Assembly: GCA_903830945.1 (NCBI GenBank)
Contig: CAIKVT010000021.1
Span: 4,519-68,518 of the forward strand
DNA length: 64,000 bases
Origin: an uncultured Elusimicrobia bacterium
Lineage (GTDB): Bacteria; Elusimicrobiota; Elusimicrobia; UBA1565; UBA9628
Reading direction: 5' to 3'
The translations under genes were made by a program, and so were the position numbers. The notes below the pieces were generated by a model, which saw only the letters and a list, made by a program, of their open reading frames with translations, had not been told where the DNA came from and did no database searches. Positions 51,467-60,632 of the stretch are shown in pieces. Numbering within the stretch: position 1 is the first letter of the stretch; each line of letters begins with the position of its first letter.

Positions 51467-52105
51467 ATGGATGAGCATCTCCAAGTCGGAACATTGAATA
51501 TCCTGATGAATGCGGCAGAGGCCCTGAGGAAGAATGGCTTTGAGACCGAGGTGTTCGCGGACGGGGCGTCCGCGGTTGCGTACATCCTCAAGCTGATAGG
51601 CTTGGGCAAGACCGTGGGAATTGGCGGGACTATGAGCGTCGTGGAGCTCGGGCTTGCCGAGCGGCTGGTCGCGGCCCGCAACGAGATCGTCACCCATCAG
51701 CCTGGCATGGGGCCGGAGGAGCGCCGGCGCGTCTTCCGTCAGGCCCAGGCCGCTGATTTCTATATCGCTTCGCCCCAGGCCGTGACGCGGGACGGCAAGA
51801 TGATCTTCGTCGACGGATTTGGGAATCGCGTGTCCGCCATCAGCTATGGCCCGGGGCGGGTCATTCTGCTGGCCGGGCGCAACAAGCTGGTCCGAGATAT
51901 CGATGAGGGGCTCTGGCGGATGCGGAACATCGCCGCGTTGGCCAACAACATAAGGCTCAAGAAGAATAACCCTTGCGTGAAGGCCGGGCTTTGCGTGGAC
52001 TGCTCGAGCCCGGAGCGCATCTGCAATGTGGTGACCATGCTTTGGAAGAAGCCGCGTGGCACGGAGTACAGCGTGGTCCTAGTCAATGAGGAGCTCGGAT
52101 ATTGA
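51467..52105 (+). CDS. LUD-domain (DUF162, LutC/YkgG-like) protein
   Basis: 212 aa, with conservation of the LUD fold (GIGGTMSVVELGL.., ASPQAVTRDGKMIFVDG). Confidence 0.6.
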   Translation: MDEHLQVGTLNILMNAAEALRKNGFETEVFADGASAVAYILKLIGLGKTVGIGGTMSVVELGLAERLVAARNEIVTHQPGMGPEERRRVFRQAQAADFYIASPQAVTRDGKMIFVDGFGNRVSAISYGPGRVILLAGRNKLVRDIDEGLWRMRNIAALANNIRLKKNNPCVKAGLCVDCSSPERICNVVTMLWKKPRGTEYSVVLVNEELGY

Positions 52106-52141
52106 CCGGGCCTGCATTTTGGGCTAAAATATAATTACTTC

Positions 52142-52217
<76 letters not shown>

Positions 52218-52230
52218 ATCTCTGTGAAAA

Positions 52231-52260
52231 AAGCCCTCTGGCAAGAGGGCTTTTTTATTT
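52231..52260 (+). terminator. Rho-independent terminator downstream of tRNA-Ala
   Basis: The hairpin gccctct-ggca-agagggc at 52233-52250 is followed by tttttt. Confidence 0.75.
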
Positions 52261-52416
52261 TGTGCCGACGCGCGATGCTCAGGCTGGTTAGATAAACGGA
52301 ATACAAGTGTTCAACCGTTCCAATTTCTCAGACGGTTGTTTTCATCTTAAAATATCAGCCAGATTTTTTAGGCAAGTTCATCCCGGTATCTGTCTGTCTT
52401 GAAAAATGACCTCGAC

Positions 52417-52436
52417 ATGGACACTTTTTGGACACC
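52417..52436 (+). repeat. 20-nt direct repeat, copy 1 (atggacactttttggacacc; internal GGACAC-T5-GGACAC)
   Basis: It is identical to 63591-63610. It lies in the AT-rich spacer between the tRNA-Ala terminator and the ECF sigma gene. Confidence 0.8.
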
Positions 52437-52469
52437 AATAGCCGTCCCCGGCATTGATGCTTCTGGGAA

Positions 52470-53192
52470 ATGCGCATAGCCCGTGTATTGATTAATCATT
52501 TGGTTCATCGTCTTGATAATGCCATTATTTACACACTGTGCGAGTCTCGGAACATTGACTGCAATGACCGACCGCAGGCACTAAACCTTCGGGGACTTCC
52601 AGAGTCTATATTATCAGCAGGCATCTTGAACGGCCAGAACGTCGACATTGAACTCGTCGAGAGGGCGCGCAAAGGCGATGCCGATGCCTTTGGGATCCTG
52701 GTCATGCATTATCAACGCCTGCTCACAGTTATCGCATTTGAGATTCTGGGAGACACGGGGAGAACGGAGGATGTCGTGCAGGAAGCGTTCCTGTCCGCAT
52801 GGAAATCCCTCCCCCAATATAGGGGAGACGCCAGCTTCAAGAACTGGCTGTGCCGCATCCTGCTTAATAAGACCTATTCCGCGCTTCGTTGGGGACGCCT
52901 GCGCCGATGGCTCAGCCTCGACCAGCCATCCGGGGTTCCCTGGACCGAGACCTTGGAGGATACCGCGCCCGACGCGGACCCGGAACGCATCCGTCTGCGG
53001 GAGGAGCATTCGACCGCGGTGCGGCAGGCCGTGTCCGGTTTGCCGCTCCAGCAGAAGACCGCGGTCATATTGCGCTCCAACGGTCTTGACGTGGCCGAAG
53101 TGGCGCGGACCATGGGCGTCGCGGAGGGGACGGTCAAGGCGCATCTGCACCAGGCCCGCGCTCGACTCTCCTCGGTGATGGGGGGTACATGA
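52470..53192 (+). CDS. ECF (group 4) sigma-70 family RNA polymerase sigma factor
   Basis: Region 2 (LVERARKGDADAFGILVMHYQRLL..VQEAFLSAWKSL..FKNWLCRILLN) and region 4 (LRSNGLDVAEVARTMGVAEGTVKAHLHQARARL) are present. The ATG at 52470 gives 240 aa. A TTG at 52626 would give a more typical ~189 aa, so the start is uncertain. Confidence 0.8.
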   Translation: MRIARVLINHLVHRLDNAIIYTLCESRNIDCNDRPQALNLRGLPESILSAGILNGQNVDIELVERARKGDADAFGILVMHYQRLLTVIAFEILGDTGRTEDVVQEAFLSAWKSLPQYRGDASFKNWLCRILLNKTYSALRWGRLRRWLSLDQPSGVPWTETLEDTAPDADPERIRLREEHSTAVRQAVSGLPLQQKTAVILRSNGLDVAEVARTMGVAEGTVKAHLHQARARLSSVMGGT

Positions 53193-53536
53193 AACAAGAA
53201 GAAGACGACGCATTCTGGTCTGGAGTCGGGGACACGCTCCGGCCCCGCCTCAGCGAAGCTCATTGGACGGCTCAGCGCAACCGCATCCTTTCGCGGTTGG
53301 CCCCGGAGGAATCCGTGTCCGCATTCGCCGGCTGGTGGAAAGTCCCGGCGTTGACGCTGGCCTCGTGCGCTGTCTATGTGCTGTGCGTGGAGACATCCCT
53401 GCTCCCCCAGCCCACATCCGAACCGCCGGCCGCGGCGTCCTCGTCCGCCGGCGTCGTGACCCTGTCGACCATCCTGTCTGACGGGCAGGAGCCGAGCGAA
53501 GGGCATCTTTTGACCATGATCCTTGAAGGGGACTAA
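53189..53536 (+). CDS. Putative membrane-anchored anti-sigma factor
   Basis: 115 aa, translationally coupled to the ECF sigma gene (ATGA overlap), with a single TM (WWKVPALTLASCAVYVLCV). It is assigned by position and topology only. Confidence 0.5.
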   Translation: MKQEEDDAFWSGVGDTLRPRLSEAHWTAQRNRILSRLAPEESVSAFAGWWKVPALTLASCAVYVLCVETSLLPQPTSEPPAAASSSAGVVTLSTILSDGQEPSEGHLLTMILEGD

Positions 53537-53960
53537 AATGAACATGCGCTGGAATCAGATCGCCATATCGGTCGCGGTGGGCTTCCTTGCGGGAGCCTTG
53601 TTCTCCGATTTCTATCACATGCATATCAAGCGCAGGCCGCCCAAGGCCGTCCCGGAGGAAGGGGCGATAGAGAGGTGCACGCGCGAGTTGGACCTTTCCA
53701 AGCAGCAGCAGGACCAGGTGGCCGCCATCTTCAAGGAATATCGTCCAAAAGTGCGCGGTGTGAAGGATTCGATCCGGCCCGCATTGGAAGGCCTGCGCCT
53801 CAAGATCAAATCCGAATTGAGATCGGTCCTTACGCAGATGCAATACTCCAAGCTCGAAAAGCTCGACGATGAGTCCCGGCGGACCGAGGGTCCTCCGCCA
53901 ATGCGGGAGGGTCCAGGAGATTCCCGGCTACACGGCCAGGACCCGCCCCCCCGCCGCTAA
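53523..53960 (+). CDS. Periplasmic LTXXQ-motif protein (Spy/CpxP/ZraP-like)
   Basis: 145 aa with a signal/TM sequence, then helical repeats (LDLSKQQQDQVAAIFKEY.., LRLKIKSELRSVLTQMQYSKL) and a Pro-rich tail. The true start may be MNMRW at 53538. Confidence 0.5.
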   Translation: MKGTKMNMRWNQIAISVAVGFLAGALFSDFYHMHIKRRPPKAVPEEGAIERCTRELDLSKQQQDQVAAIFKEYRPKVRGVKDSIRPALEGLRLKIKSELRSVLTQMQYSKLEKLDDESRRTEGPPPMREGPGDSRLHGQDPPPRR

Positions 53961-54129
53961 GCCAGCGCCCTCCGGCGCAGACTCATCCGTTCCCACCCCC
54001 TAAATCCTCCTGCAGGGTCAACCGGGCCAGAATGCGTGTATTTTACAGGCATTTCCCCAAGTAAACCAAAATCCTTCCTGGGCGTCTCCATTGATGCAGG
54101 GGCTTTAGCCGGGCCGTCACAGAGGGTAT

Positions 54130-54687
54130 ATGCAAAAATCGATGGCCGCGATCTGCAACGCCGCGATCAGCGTGTGCCTTGGGACGATGATCCTGGGCGG
54201 CCGCGTGCAGGCTGCGGACTTCGGATCGGATGTGGGGCAAGGCACTTTCGGCGTCGGGCTGAACTACCCGGGGCTGGGCATGAGATATTTCCCGAGCGAT
54301 CAGCTGGCCTTGGAAGTCAAAGGCGAAGTAGACAAGGACGTGGTGGTCGGAGGCCTGCGGGGGTATTGCTATTTGACGCGCGTTTCCCGAGGAGCGCTTT
54401 TTCTGGGCGCGGAAGCCGACTACATACATTTCAAGGGAGCGGTCAGCCGGGGTTCCGGGGCTGTAGGCCAGGTGTTCGGCGGGTTCGAGTATTTTATATT
54501 GCAGGCTGTCGCTTTGCAGGCTGATTTTGGGCCGGCCTACATCTACCTTAAGAACCAGCAGGGCGGCCTTTCAGTCAGCGGCGTGGAGTACACGGCCAAT
54601 TTCGGGTTCAATTTCTATTGGGGAGGCAGAATGGCGCAAGAATCTCGGCCTTATACGCGGGATGAGGCTTCATGGTTGAGATATTGA
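54130..54687 (+). CDS. Small outer-membrane beta-barrel protein (OmpW/OmpA-barrel-like)
   Basis: 185 aa with a signal peptide, alternating hydrophobic beta-strand pattern and an aromatic-rich terminal strand (ANFGFNFYWGG). Confidence 0.5.
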   Translation: MQKSMAAICNAAISVCLGTMILGGRVQAADFGSDVGQGTFGVGLNYPGLGMRYFPSDQLALEVKGEVDKDVVVGGLRGYCYLTRVSRGALFLGAEADYIHFKGAVSRGSGAVGQVFGGFEYFILQAVALQADFGPAYIYLKNQQGGLSVSGVEYTANFGFNFYWGGRMAQESRPYTRDEASWLRY

Positions 54688-54688
54688 T

Positions 54689-57600
54689 ATGAAACGAATA
54701 TCCTGCTTGATCCTATTGGCGATCTTATCGATCACGGTCGATCTTTCAGCCGGATTCGACATCGGAATCACCAAAGCCATCAAGCGCAAGGTGGATTTGC
54801 TGGACAATAAAGTCACGGACAGCAGGAAGCCCGTGGTCTCGTTCGGATTCTCGCCGAGCGCACCCACCCCGGGCCAGACGGTAAGCTTCATCGACGTCTC
54901 CACGAATACGCTTACGTCATGGTCATGGGCATTCGGGGATGGTGCGACCAGCACCTCCCAAAACCCGGCCCACGCCTACAGCTTCGCGGGAACCTACGCA
55001 GTGACGCTCACAGGCACGAATGCCTGGGGCTCCAGCACCGCCAGGAAGACCGTGACCGTGACGGCCGCGGCGGTCGCGCCGGTCGCGGCCTTCAGCTTCT
55101 CGCCGTCCTCGCCGACCGCCGACCAGACGGTCACTTTCACGGACGTCTCCACCCACACGCCCACTTCCTGGTCTTGGACCTTCGGGGACGGGGGGACCAG
55201 CACTTCGCAAAACCCGACCCACGCCTACACTCCCTCCGGGACCTACATGGCCACGCTGACGGCCTCCAATTCAGCCGGCTCCAACGCCGTCAGCCGCACC
55301 GTGACCGTGAACCCGAGCTCTTTTTCCCTCGCTAGCTCCGCCTTCGCCGAGGGCGGAACCCTGCCGTACGACTACGCCTGCGACGGAGGAGGCGCCTCGC
55401 CCGACCTGTCCTGGAATAATAAGCCGTCCGGCACGCAGGAATTCGCGCTGACGATGAAGACTATAACTGCAGACGGGACGCCTAAATGGAACTGGGTGAT
55501 GTACAGCATCCCCGGGACGACTACGGGCTTGGCCAAGAACACTTCCGGGGTAGGCGTTACCGGGCTTGGCAGCGACCTGTCAGCCCTGGTCTATAATCCG
55601 CCCTGCTCGCTGGGGCCCGGACCCAGGACTTACACCCTGACCTTGTACGCGCTGTCGGAGTCGCCGACCCTGCCCGCCGCCGACCAGGTCACCGGCGCCG
55701 TGCTTATCAGCGCCATTTCGTCCATCACGATCAGTTCGACTTCCCTGGACATGACCTACAGCCGGCCCGCCCCCACGGCCGCTTTCACCTTCTCCCCGTC
55801 CTCTCCGTCTACTGGCACGATCGTTGCTTTTATGGATACCTCCACCCGCACGCCCACCGGCTGGTACTGGGACTTCGGGGATGGGGCGACCAGCAGTTCG
55901 CGGAACTCCACACACGCCTACAGCTCTGCGGGTACGTACACCGCATCGCTGACGGCCTCCAATCCGTACGGCTCCTCCAGCTCAAGCCAGGCCGTGACAG
56001 TCAGCGCGACTGGGATCCTACCCACGGCCGCGTTCAGCTTCTATCCGAGCAGTCCGACCACCTATAACACGGTAAGCTTCACCGACTTCTCGCTGAGCAC
56101 CCCGACGGCCTGGGCCTGGAATTTCGGCGACAGCGCCGTCAGCACGGCACAGTACCCGACGCACGTATACGGCTCCGCGGGCACCTACACCGTGACGCTC
56201 ACGGCGACTAATTCCTCCGGCTCGTCCACCTCGACCCATTCCGTGACCGTGGCCGTGCCGGCCTATAACATCGCGCAGGGCGTTTCCGACCAGGCCCAGG
56301 GCACCACTTTGGCCTTTGACGCCCTCGGCCTGATGAACGCCAACCTGGGCGCCGAATCCTATTTCCCGCCGGGCAAGGTGGCCGACTACACAGGCTTCCA
56401 GTTCCTACGCGACAGCGACCCCAGCAATATGGGCCACAACCCGGATTTCACGGGCCTGACCTCCAACAGCGTCATCCGTATACTCACCGACAGCCAACTG
56501 GCGCAACTGGCTGCCCTGGCCGTGAGCCAGGCGGACCTGGTCAACCAGTACGCATATCACCGCTTCACGCTGATAAAGGCGTTCCGGCGTCTTATGGACG
56601 GGGATATGCCCTCCGGCACCGCCGGTCTGAGCATGAGCGCGGTGACGGGCGTGTCGCAGAACCTCTACGCTATGGACGGCCAGATCGCCTTCGACCGGGC
56701 CCTGCTCTACGCCAACATCTACAAGTCCATGACGCGCGCCCAGCTGGCCGCCCTGGATGCCATGAAAGGGGTGGGCGCCTCCTCCTGGACCGTAACCGAC
56801 GCCAATTTCATGAAGGCCAGGGTAGAGTCCGCGCTGGGTCTCACCTATGCTTCCAACGCGACGATGAACACCCTGGTGCAGACCTACGCCGGCGACCTCT
56901 ACAGCTGGTATTCCGGCACGGTGGAGGCGGACGTCTACTTCTGCCCGGAGCGCCACGGCACCTACTACGGCGGGTTCTACATCAAGGACGCGCCGGCCAT
57001 GAACGCGCCGCAGGGCGTCAGTTACACCATTGACTCGGCTCTGACCGGGAACGCCGGGGCCAGCCTTCTCGACAGCTCGCTGGGCTACGTCACACCCACG
57101 CAGGCCGCCATCATGACTAACCTCATGAACACCCAGAAGAGCAACATGAACGGCATAGTCCAGGTGCGCACGCAGATAGCGGCTCTGCTGCGCACCCTGC
57201 TTGTCTCTACCGCTGCCAGCGACTCCGTCAGGGCGCAGGTGCTCGCGCTGTCCTCCGGCACCTACGGCACGCTGGACGGCCGGAACAACTACTACTACGC
57301 CACCGCCTTCAAGCAGGTCCATGACGCGCTGAGCGCTAGCCAGCGGGCCAAGCTGAAAACGGATTTCTGGGATGGGCTGCTTATCAGCACCTACACCAAC
57401 GGAAAAACTTACGACTATTCGGTCTGCAAATCCACTTATCTCTATTCGGACACCACCACCGACCCGAGCGTGCTGGCCCAGATACAGACTTACATAGACA
57501 ACACCGACTCCCTGTTCTCCACCGACCCGCCCTCGGCCGCGTTCTCATTCTCGCCGAGCACGCCCACGGTCGGGCAGACGATCACGTTCACGGACGCCTC

Positions 57601-58225
57601 CGACGGCCCCCCAACCTCATGGTCGTGGGATTTTGGTGACGGCGGCACCAGCGCGTCGCAGAACCCGACGCACTCTTACGATTCCTCCGGCACCTACACT
57701 GTCTCGCTGACGGCCACCAATGCCATCGGCTCGAGCTCCATAAGCCATACCCTCAGCGTCAGCCAGGGAAGTTTTACCCTGGTGAGCGGCGCGGGGGCCA
57801 GCGGCGGGGCCATGACGCTGGAATATTCCTGTTCCGGCGCCGGGTCTTCGCCGGCGATGTCCTGGACCAACGCGCCCTCCGGGACGCAACAGTTCGCTCT
57901 GACCATGTCTGAAGTCACTCCCCAGTTGGAGACCAAATATAACTGGGTCCTCTACGGCATACCAAGCGGCAGTTCCGGCTTTGCCAAGAACACTACCGGC
58001 GGTGGAACGCTGGGCGAGAGCGACGGAACGGCGGGAACGGCTTACAGCCCGCCCTGCGGCCCCGGTAACAGGCTTTATACGTACAGACTCTACGCCCTGT
58101 CCGGAGCCCCATCGCTCTCGTCCAATCCGGCGCAGGTAACAGGTTCCGTTCTTGCGACCGCGCTCGCGGGCATCACCATCAGTTCCGCGACCATGACGCT
58201 GACCTATACGGCGCCATCGCCATGA
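54689..58225 (+). CDS. Giant secreted multidomain protein: five PKD domains, two PEBP (YbhB/YbcL) domains and a central ~400-aa domain of unknown family
   Basis: 1178 aa. PKD signatures WxWxFGDGxTSxxQNPxHxY occur at about aa 77, 166, 392, 476 and 976. PEBP-like segments lie at about aa 215-335 and 1032-1150 (..YACDGGGASPDLSW.., ..YTLTLYAL..). The central region (about aa 527-955) is paralogous to the protein at 58992-60626. Confidence 0.8.
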   Translation: MKRISCLILLAILSITVDLSAGFDIGITKAIKRKVDLLDNKVTDSRKPVVSFGFSPSAPTPGQTVSFIDVSTNTLTSWSWAFGDGATSTSQNPAHAYSFAGTYAVTLTGTNAWGSSTARKTVTVTAAAVAPVAAFSFSPSSPTADQTVTFTDVSTHTPTSWSWTFGDGGTSTSQNPTHAYTPSGTYMATLTASNSAGSNAVSRTVTVNPSSFSLASSAFAEGGTLPYDYACDGGGASPDLSWNNKPSGTQEFALTMKTITADGTPKWNWVMYSIPGTTTGLAKNTSGVGVTGLGSDLSALVYNPPCSLGPGPRTYTLTLYALSESPTLPAADQVTGAVLISAISSITISSTSLDMTYSRPAPTAAFTFSPSSPSTGTIVAFMDTSTRTPTGWYWDFGDGATSSSRNSTHAYSSAGTYTASLTASNPYGSSSSSQAVTVSATGILPTAAFSFYPSSPTTYNTVSFTDFSLSTPTAWAWNFGDSAVSTAQYPTHVYGSAGTYTVTLTATNSSGSSTSTHSVTVAVPAYNIAQGVSDQAQGTTLAFDALGLMNANLGAESYFPPGKVADYTGFQFLRDSDPSNMGHNPDFTGLTSNSVIRILTDSQLAQLAALAVSQADLVNQYAYHRFTLIKAFRRLMDGDMPSGTAGLSMSAVTGVSQNLYAMDGQIAFDRALLYANIYKSMTRAQLAALDAMKGVGASSWTVTDANFMKARVESALGLTYASNATMNTLVQTYAGDLYSWYSGTVEADVYFCPERHGTYYGGFYIKDAPAMNAPQGVSYTIDSALTGNAGASLLDSSLGYVTPTQAAIMTNLMNTQKSNMNGIVQVRTQIAALLRTLLVSTAASDSVRAQVLALSSGTYGTLDGRNNYYYATAFKQVHDALSASQRAKLKTDFWDGLLISTYTNGKTYDYSVCKSTYLYSDTTTDPSVLAQIQTYIDNTDSLFSTDPPSAAFSFSPSTPTVGQTITFTDASDGPPTSWSWDFGDGGTSASQNPTHSYDSSGTYTVSLTATNAIGSSSISHTLSVSQGSFTLVSGAGASGGAMTLEYSCSGAGSSPAMSWTNAPSGTQQFALTMSEVTPQLETKYNWVLYGIPSGSSGFAKNTTGGGTLGESDGTAGTAYSPPCGPGNRLYTYRLYALSGAPSLSSNPAQVTGSVLATALAGITISSATMTLTYTAPSP

Positions 58226-58295
58226 TGAAAGATCCAGGCGCCGCCAGGCTGGACTTCTTGCCGGCAAAACAGTTTAAACTATGTCTGGAGGAATT

Positions 58296-58910
58296 ATGAA
58301 ACGGCTGACATTTTTAGAGCTTGGCTTGATGCTAGTGCTTTCCCTTCCGGGCGGAGCCGCCCTGGCGCAGTCGGAGCAAGGCGCGGTGAGGAAAAGTCCC
58401 GCACTCCACTTCATCCTGCGTAGCCCGGCGGTGGATGGCGGCGGACAGCTCCCGAAAGACTACACCGGCGACGGAACCAGTTCCACGCTGCCGCTCGAAT
58501 GGAACGGAGCCCCAAAGGAGACAAAGAGTTTCGCAATCATCATGCATCATGTGGCGCCTGACATGATCAAGTGGTACTGGATCCTCTACGACATTCCGGC
58601 CAAAGTCAGGCGCCTGCCCAAGAACGTGAAAGGCGTGGGCAAGCTTGGCAACAACAGCGTCAACGGCCGGGTGGAGTACGCCCCGCCGCATTCCAAGGGC
58701 CCGGGACCCAAGACCTACATCTACACCCTCTACGCCCTATCCGCGCCGCCCAAGCTGGCTGTGCCACCGATTGAAGTCAACCGCGACGCCTTGCTCGCCG
58801 CCATGAAGGGCCTCGTCATCGACAGCGCCCAGCTAAGCGTGGTTTACGAACGGTTTCCCGCACCGGACGGCCGCGAGGGGAATGCGCCGCCCCCAAACGA
58901 CCGGCCATAA
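58296..58910 (+). CDS. Secreted PEBP family protein (YbhB/YbcL, Raf-kinase-inhibitor-like)
   Basis: Signal peptide, then PEBP motifs (LPLEWNGAPKETKSFAIIMHH..DMIKWYWILYDIP..GPKTYIYTLYAL). Confidence 0.8.
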   Translation: MKRLTFLELGLMLVLSLPGGAALAQSEQGAVRKSPALHFILRSPAVDGGGQLPKDYTGDGTSSTLPLEWNGAPKETKSFAIIMHHVAPDMIKWYWILYDIPAKVRRLPKNVKGVGKLGNNSVNGRVEYAPPHSKGPGPKTYIYTLYALSAPPKLAVPPIEVNRDALLAAMKGLVIDSAQLSVVYERFPAPDGREGNAPPPNDRP

Positions 58911-58991
58911 TGCAAGGAATTATATGAGGGCTGACCTAAACCAAAATCATGTTCGGGCGTCTGTATATATGAGGGGTCTTGAGGAGGACTT

Positions 58992-60626
58992 ATGAAAATG
59001 AGAGCGTTCTTGATAGCCGCAATTTTCTCCCTATTGGCTTGGTCAGCTGGGAATTCTTATGCCCAGGAAGAGAATGGCGGGGGTGGAAGAGGCCCGCGCA
59101 GAGGATCGCAGTCTGTCTCCGCAGAGCAAAAGGCCTCCGCCAAGAATGCCCTTTCGGGCTACAACGCCTCGAGCCTCTCAGCCGACGATGCCAAGGCCAT
59201 CCACAGGGCCATGCGGGAGATCGGCATCCACGGGGGGCCTGCGGAGGACGAGCTTCTCAGCTCCATCGGGTTCGACCCCGAAACGCTTAAGAAACTCGAT
59301 CCGCCGCCGGCCAGGCGCGGCGGCCAAGAGAGAGGGGGCAATAGCGGAGGGAGCTCACGGGAGGACCGCGGCGGAGGGATGCGCGGGGACCAGGGCCAAG
59401 ACAGAGGCGGCGAGAGAGCTGGGGCGAGGCCGGGCCCATCGGGGAAGCGCGGCCCGGGCGGCAGCCAATATAGCCTCGAGCAGGCGCTCTCGGACAACGC
59501 CCAGCTGCACACCATCGCATTCAATGGACTGGCGTTTCTGACCGGCGATTTCGGTGCAGCCACCTTCATCCCGCCGGGCAAGGTGTGCGACTTCTTTGGG
59601 TTCCAATACATGCGCGACATCGACGCGGCGAAGAAGGGGCATAACCCCATCTTCCTCAACCGCGTCGTGGGAAACGTCCTTCATATCCTCACAGCCGATC
59701 AAAAGCAGCTGTTTCTGGACCTGGCGGCGGAGCAGGGGCCGCAGCTTACGGCCCTGGCGAAGCTGCGGCTGCCGGTCATCAAGGCTTTCCACCTACAGAG
59801 GGACAACCAGCTGCCTGCGGGCAGTTCCGGGCTGAACAAGGCAGCCGTCATGCGCGGCGTCGGCGAGATCTTCGCCATGGACGCCGAACTCAGCCGCCGT
59901 CGGGCGGAGGTCATGGCGCAGGTGTATTTATCCCTGACGCCTGACCAGAAGGCTTCCTTCGCCAGGATGAAGTTCGGCGATTTCAACACCTGGGCGGACC
60001 TCGACGAGAGCGAAGGCAAGGAAGCCGGCCGCGGCAAGCCCAAGATGTTCAACGTGGCCTATATGACCTACGCCAGCGAGTTCTTCAGCTGGACCGCCGG
60101 CTCGGTGGAAGCGGACGTCTATTTCTGCCCGGAGCGTCACGGCACGTACTTCGGCGGATTCTACATGAAGGACATGCCCGCCATGGGCAAGCGCAATTAC
60201 GACATCAGCACCTCGGTCACCGGCGACAGCGGCAAGGCGTTCCTTGACGACGCGCTCACCCCCGCCCAGCGCCAGAACGTCACAGCGATCCCCGCCCTCC
60301 AGCGGCAGGCCATGGACAAGATCGTGACGGTGCGCCGGGCGATGTCCCAGGAGCTGCGCAAATACCTCAAAGGCCAGACGCCGGACAAGAAAAGGATAAT
60401 AGCGTTGGGCCGCCAATACGGCGAACTGGACGGTGAGGTGTCCTGGTACTATGCCACGGCCTTCGCCCGCGTCAACCGCACGCTCACCGCTCAGCAGCGC
60501 GCTGCATTGGTCAAGCTGCGCAACTTGGACGGCTACACGAGCGCGCCCTATTACATCTATTCGGATGGTGCGCGGGAGGAGCCGGAATTGGGAGACGTCG
60601 ATGCCTTCTTCTTTGCGCCTAAATAA
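58992..60626 (+). CDS. Secreted protein: Gly/Arg-rich low-complexity N-terminal segment plus a ~400-aa domain of unknown family shared with the giant PKD protein
   Basis: 544 aa with a signal peptide. About aa 28-160 are RGG/GGR-rich. About aa 165-544 align with the giant-protein centre (shared blocks FIPPGKVxDFxGFQ..RD.D....GHNP.F and SVEADVYFCPERHGTYFGGFY.KD.PAM). Confidence 0.7.
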   Translation: MKMRAFLIAAIFSLLAWSAGNSYAQEENGGGGRGPRRGSQSVSAEQKASAKNALSGYNASSLSADDAKAIHRAMREIGIHGGPAEDELLSSIGFDPETLKKLDPPPARRGGQERGGNSGGSSREDRGGGMRGDQGQDRGGERAGARPGPSGKRGPGGSQYSLEQALSDNAQLHTIAFNGLAFLTGDFGAATFIPPGKVCDFFGFQYMRDIDAAKKGHNPIFLNRVVGNVLHILTADQKQLFLDLAAEQGPQLTALAKLRLPVIKAFHLQRDNQLPAGSSGLNKAAVMRGVGEIFAMDAELSRRRAEVMAQVYLSLTPDQKASFARMKFGDFNTWADLDESEGKEAGRGKPKMFNVAYMTYASEFFSWTAGSVEADVYFCPERHGTYFGGFYMKDMPAMGKRNYDISTSVTGDSGKAFLDDALTPAQRQNVTAIPALQRQAMDKIVTVRRAMSQELRKYLKGQTPDKKRIIALGRQYGELDGEVSWYYATAFARVNRTLTAQQRAALVKLRNLDGYTSAPYYIYSDGAREEPELGDVDAFFFAPK

Positions 60627-60632
60627 GGAAGA

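Noticed and set aside
50639-51697. A 352-aa minus-strand ORF antisense to the cyclase 3' end and the LUD gene.
   Set aside because: It has no motifs and bridges two sense genes. It is a shadow ORF.
54036-54524. A 162-aa plus-strand ORF overlapping the outer-membrane barrel gene in another frame.
   Set aside because: Its translation is Arg/Gly-rich. The 54130 frame has a signal peptide and a beta-barrel pattern.
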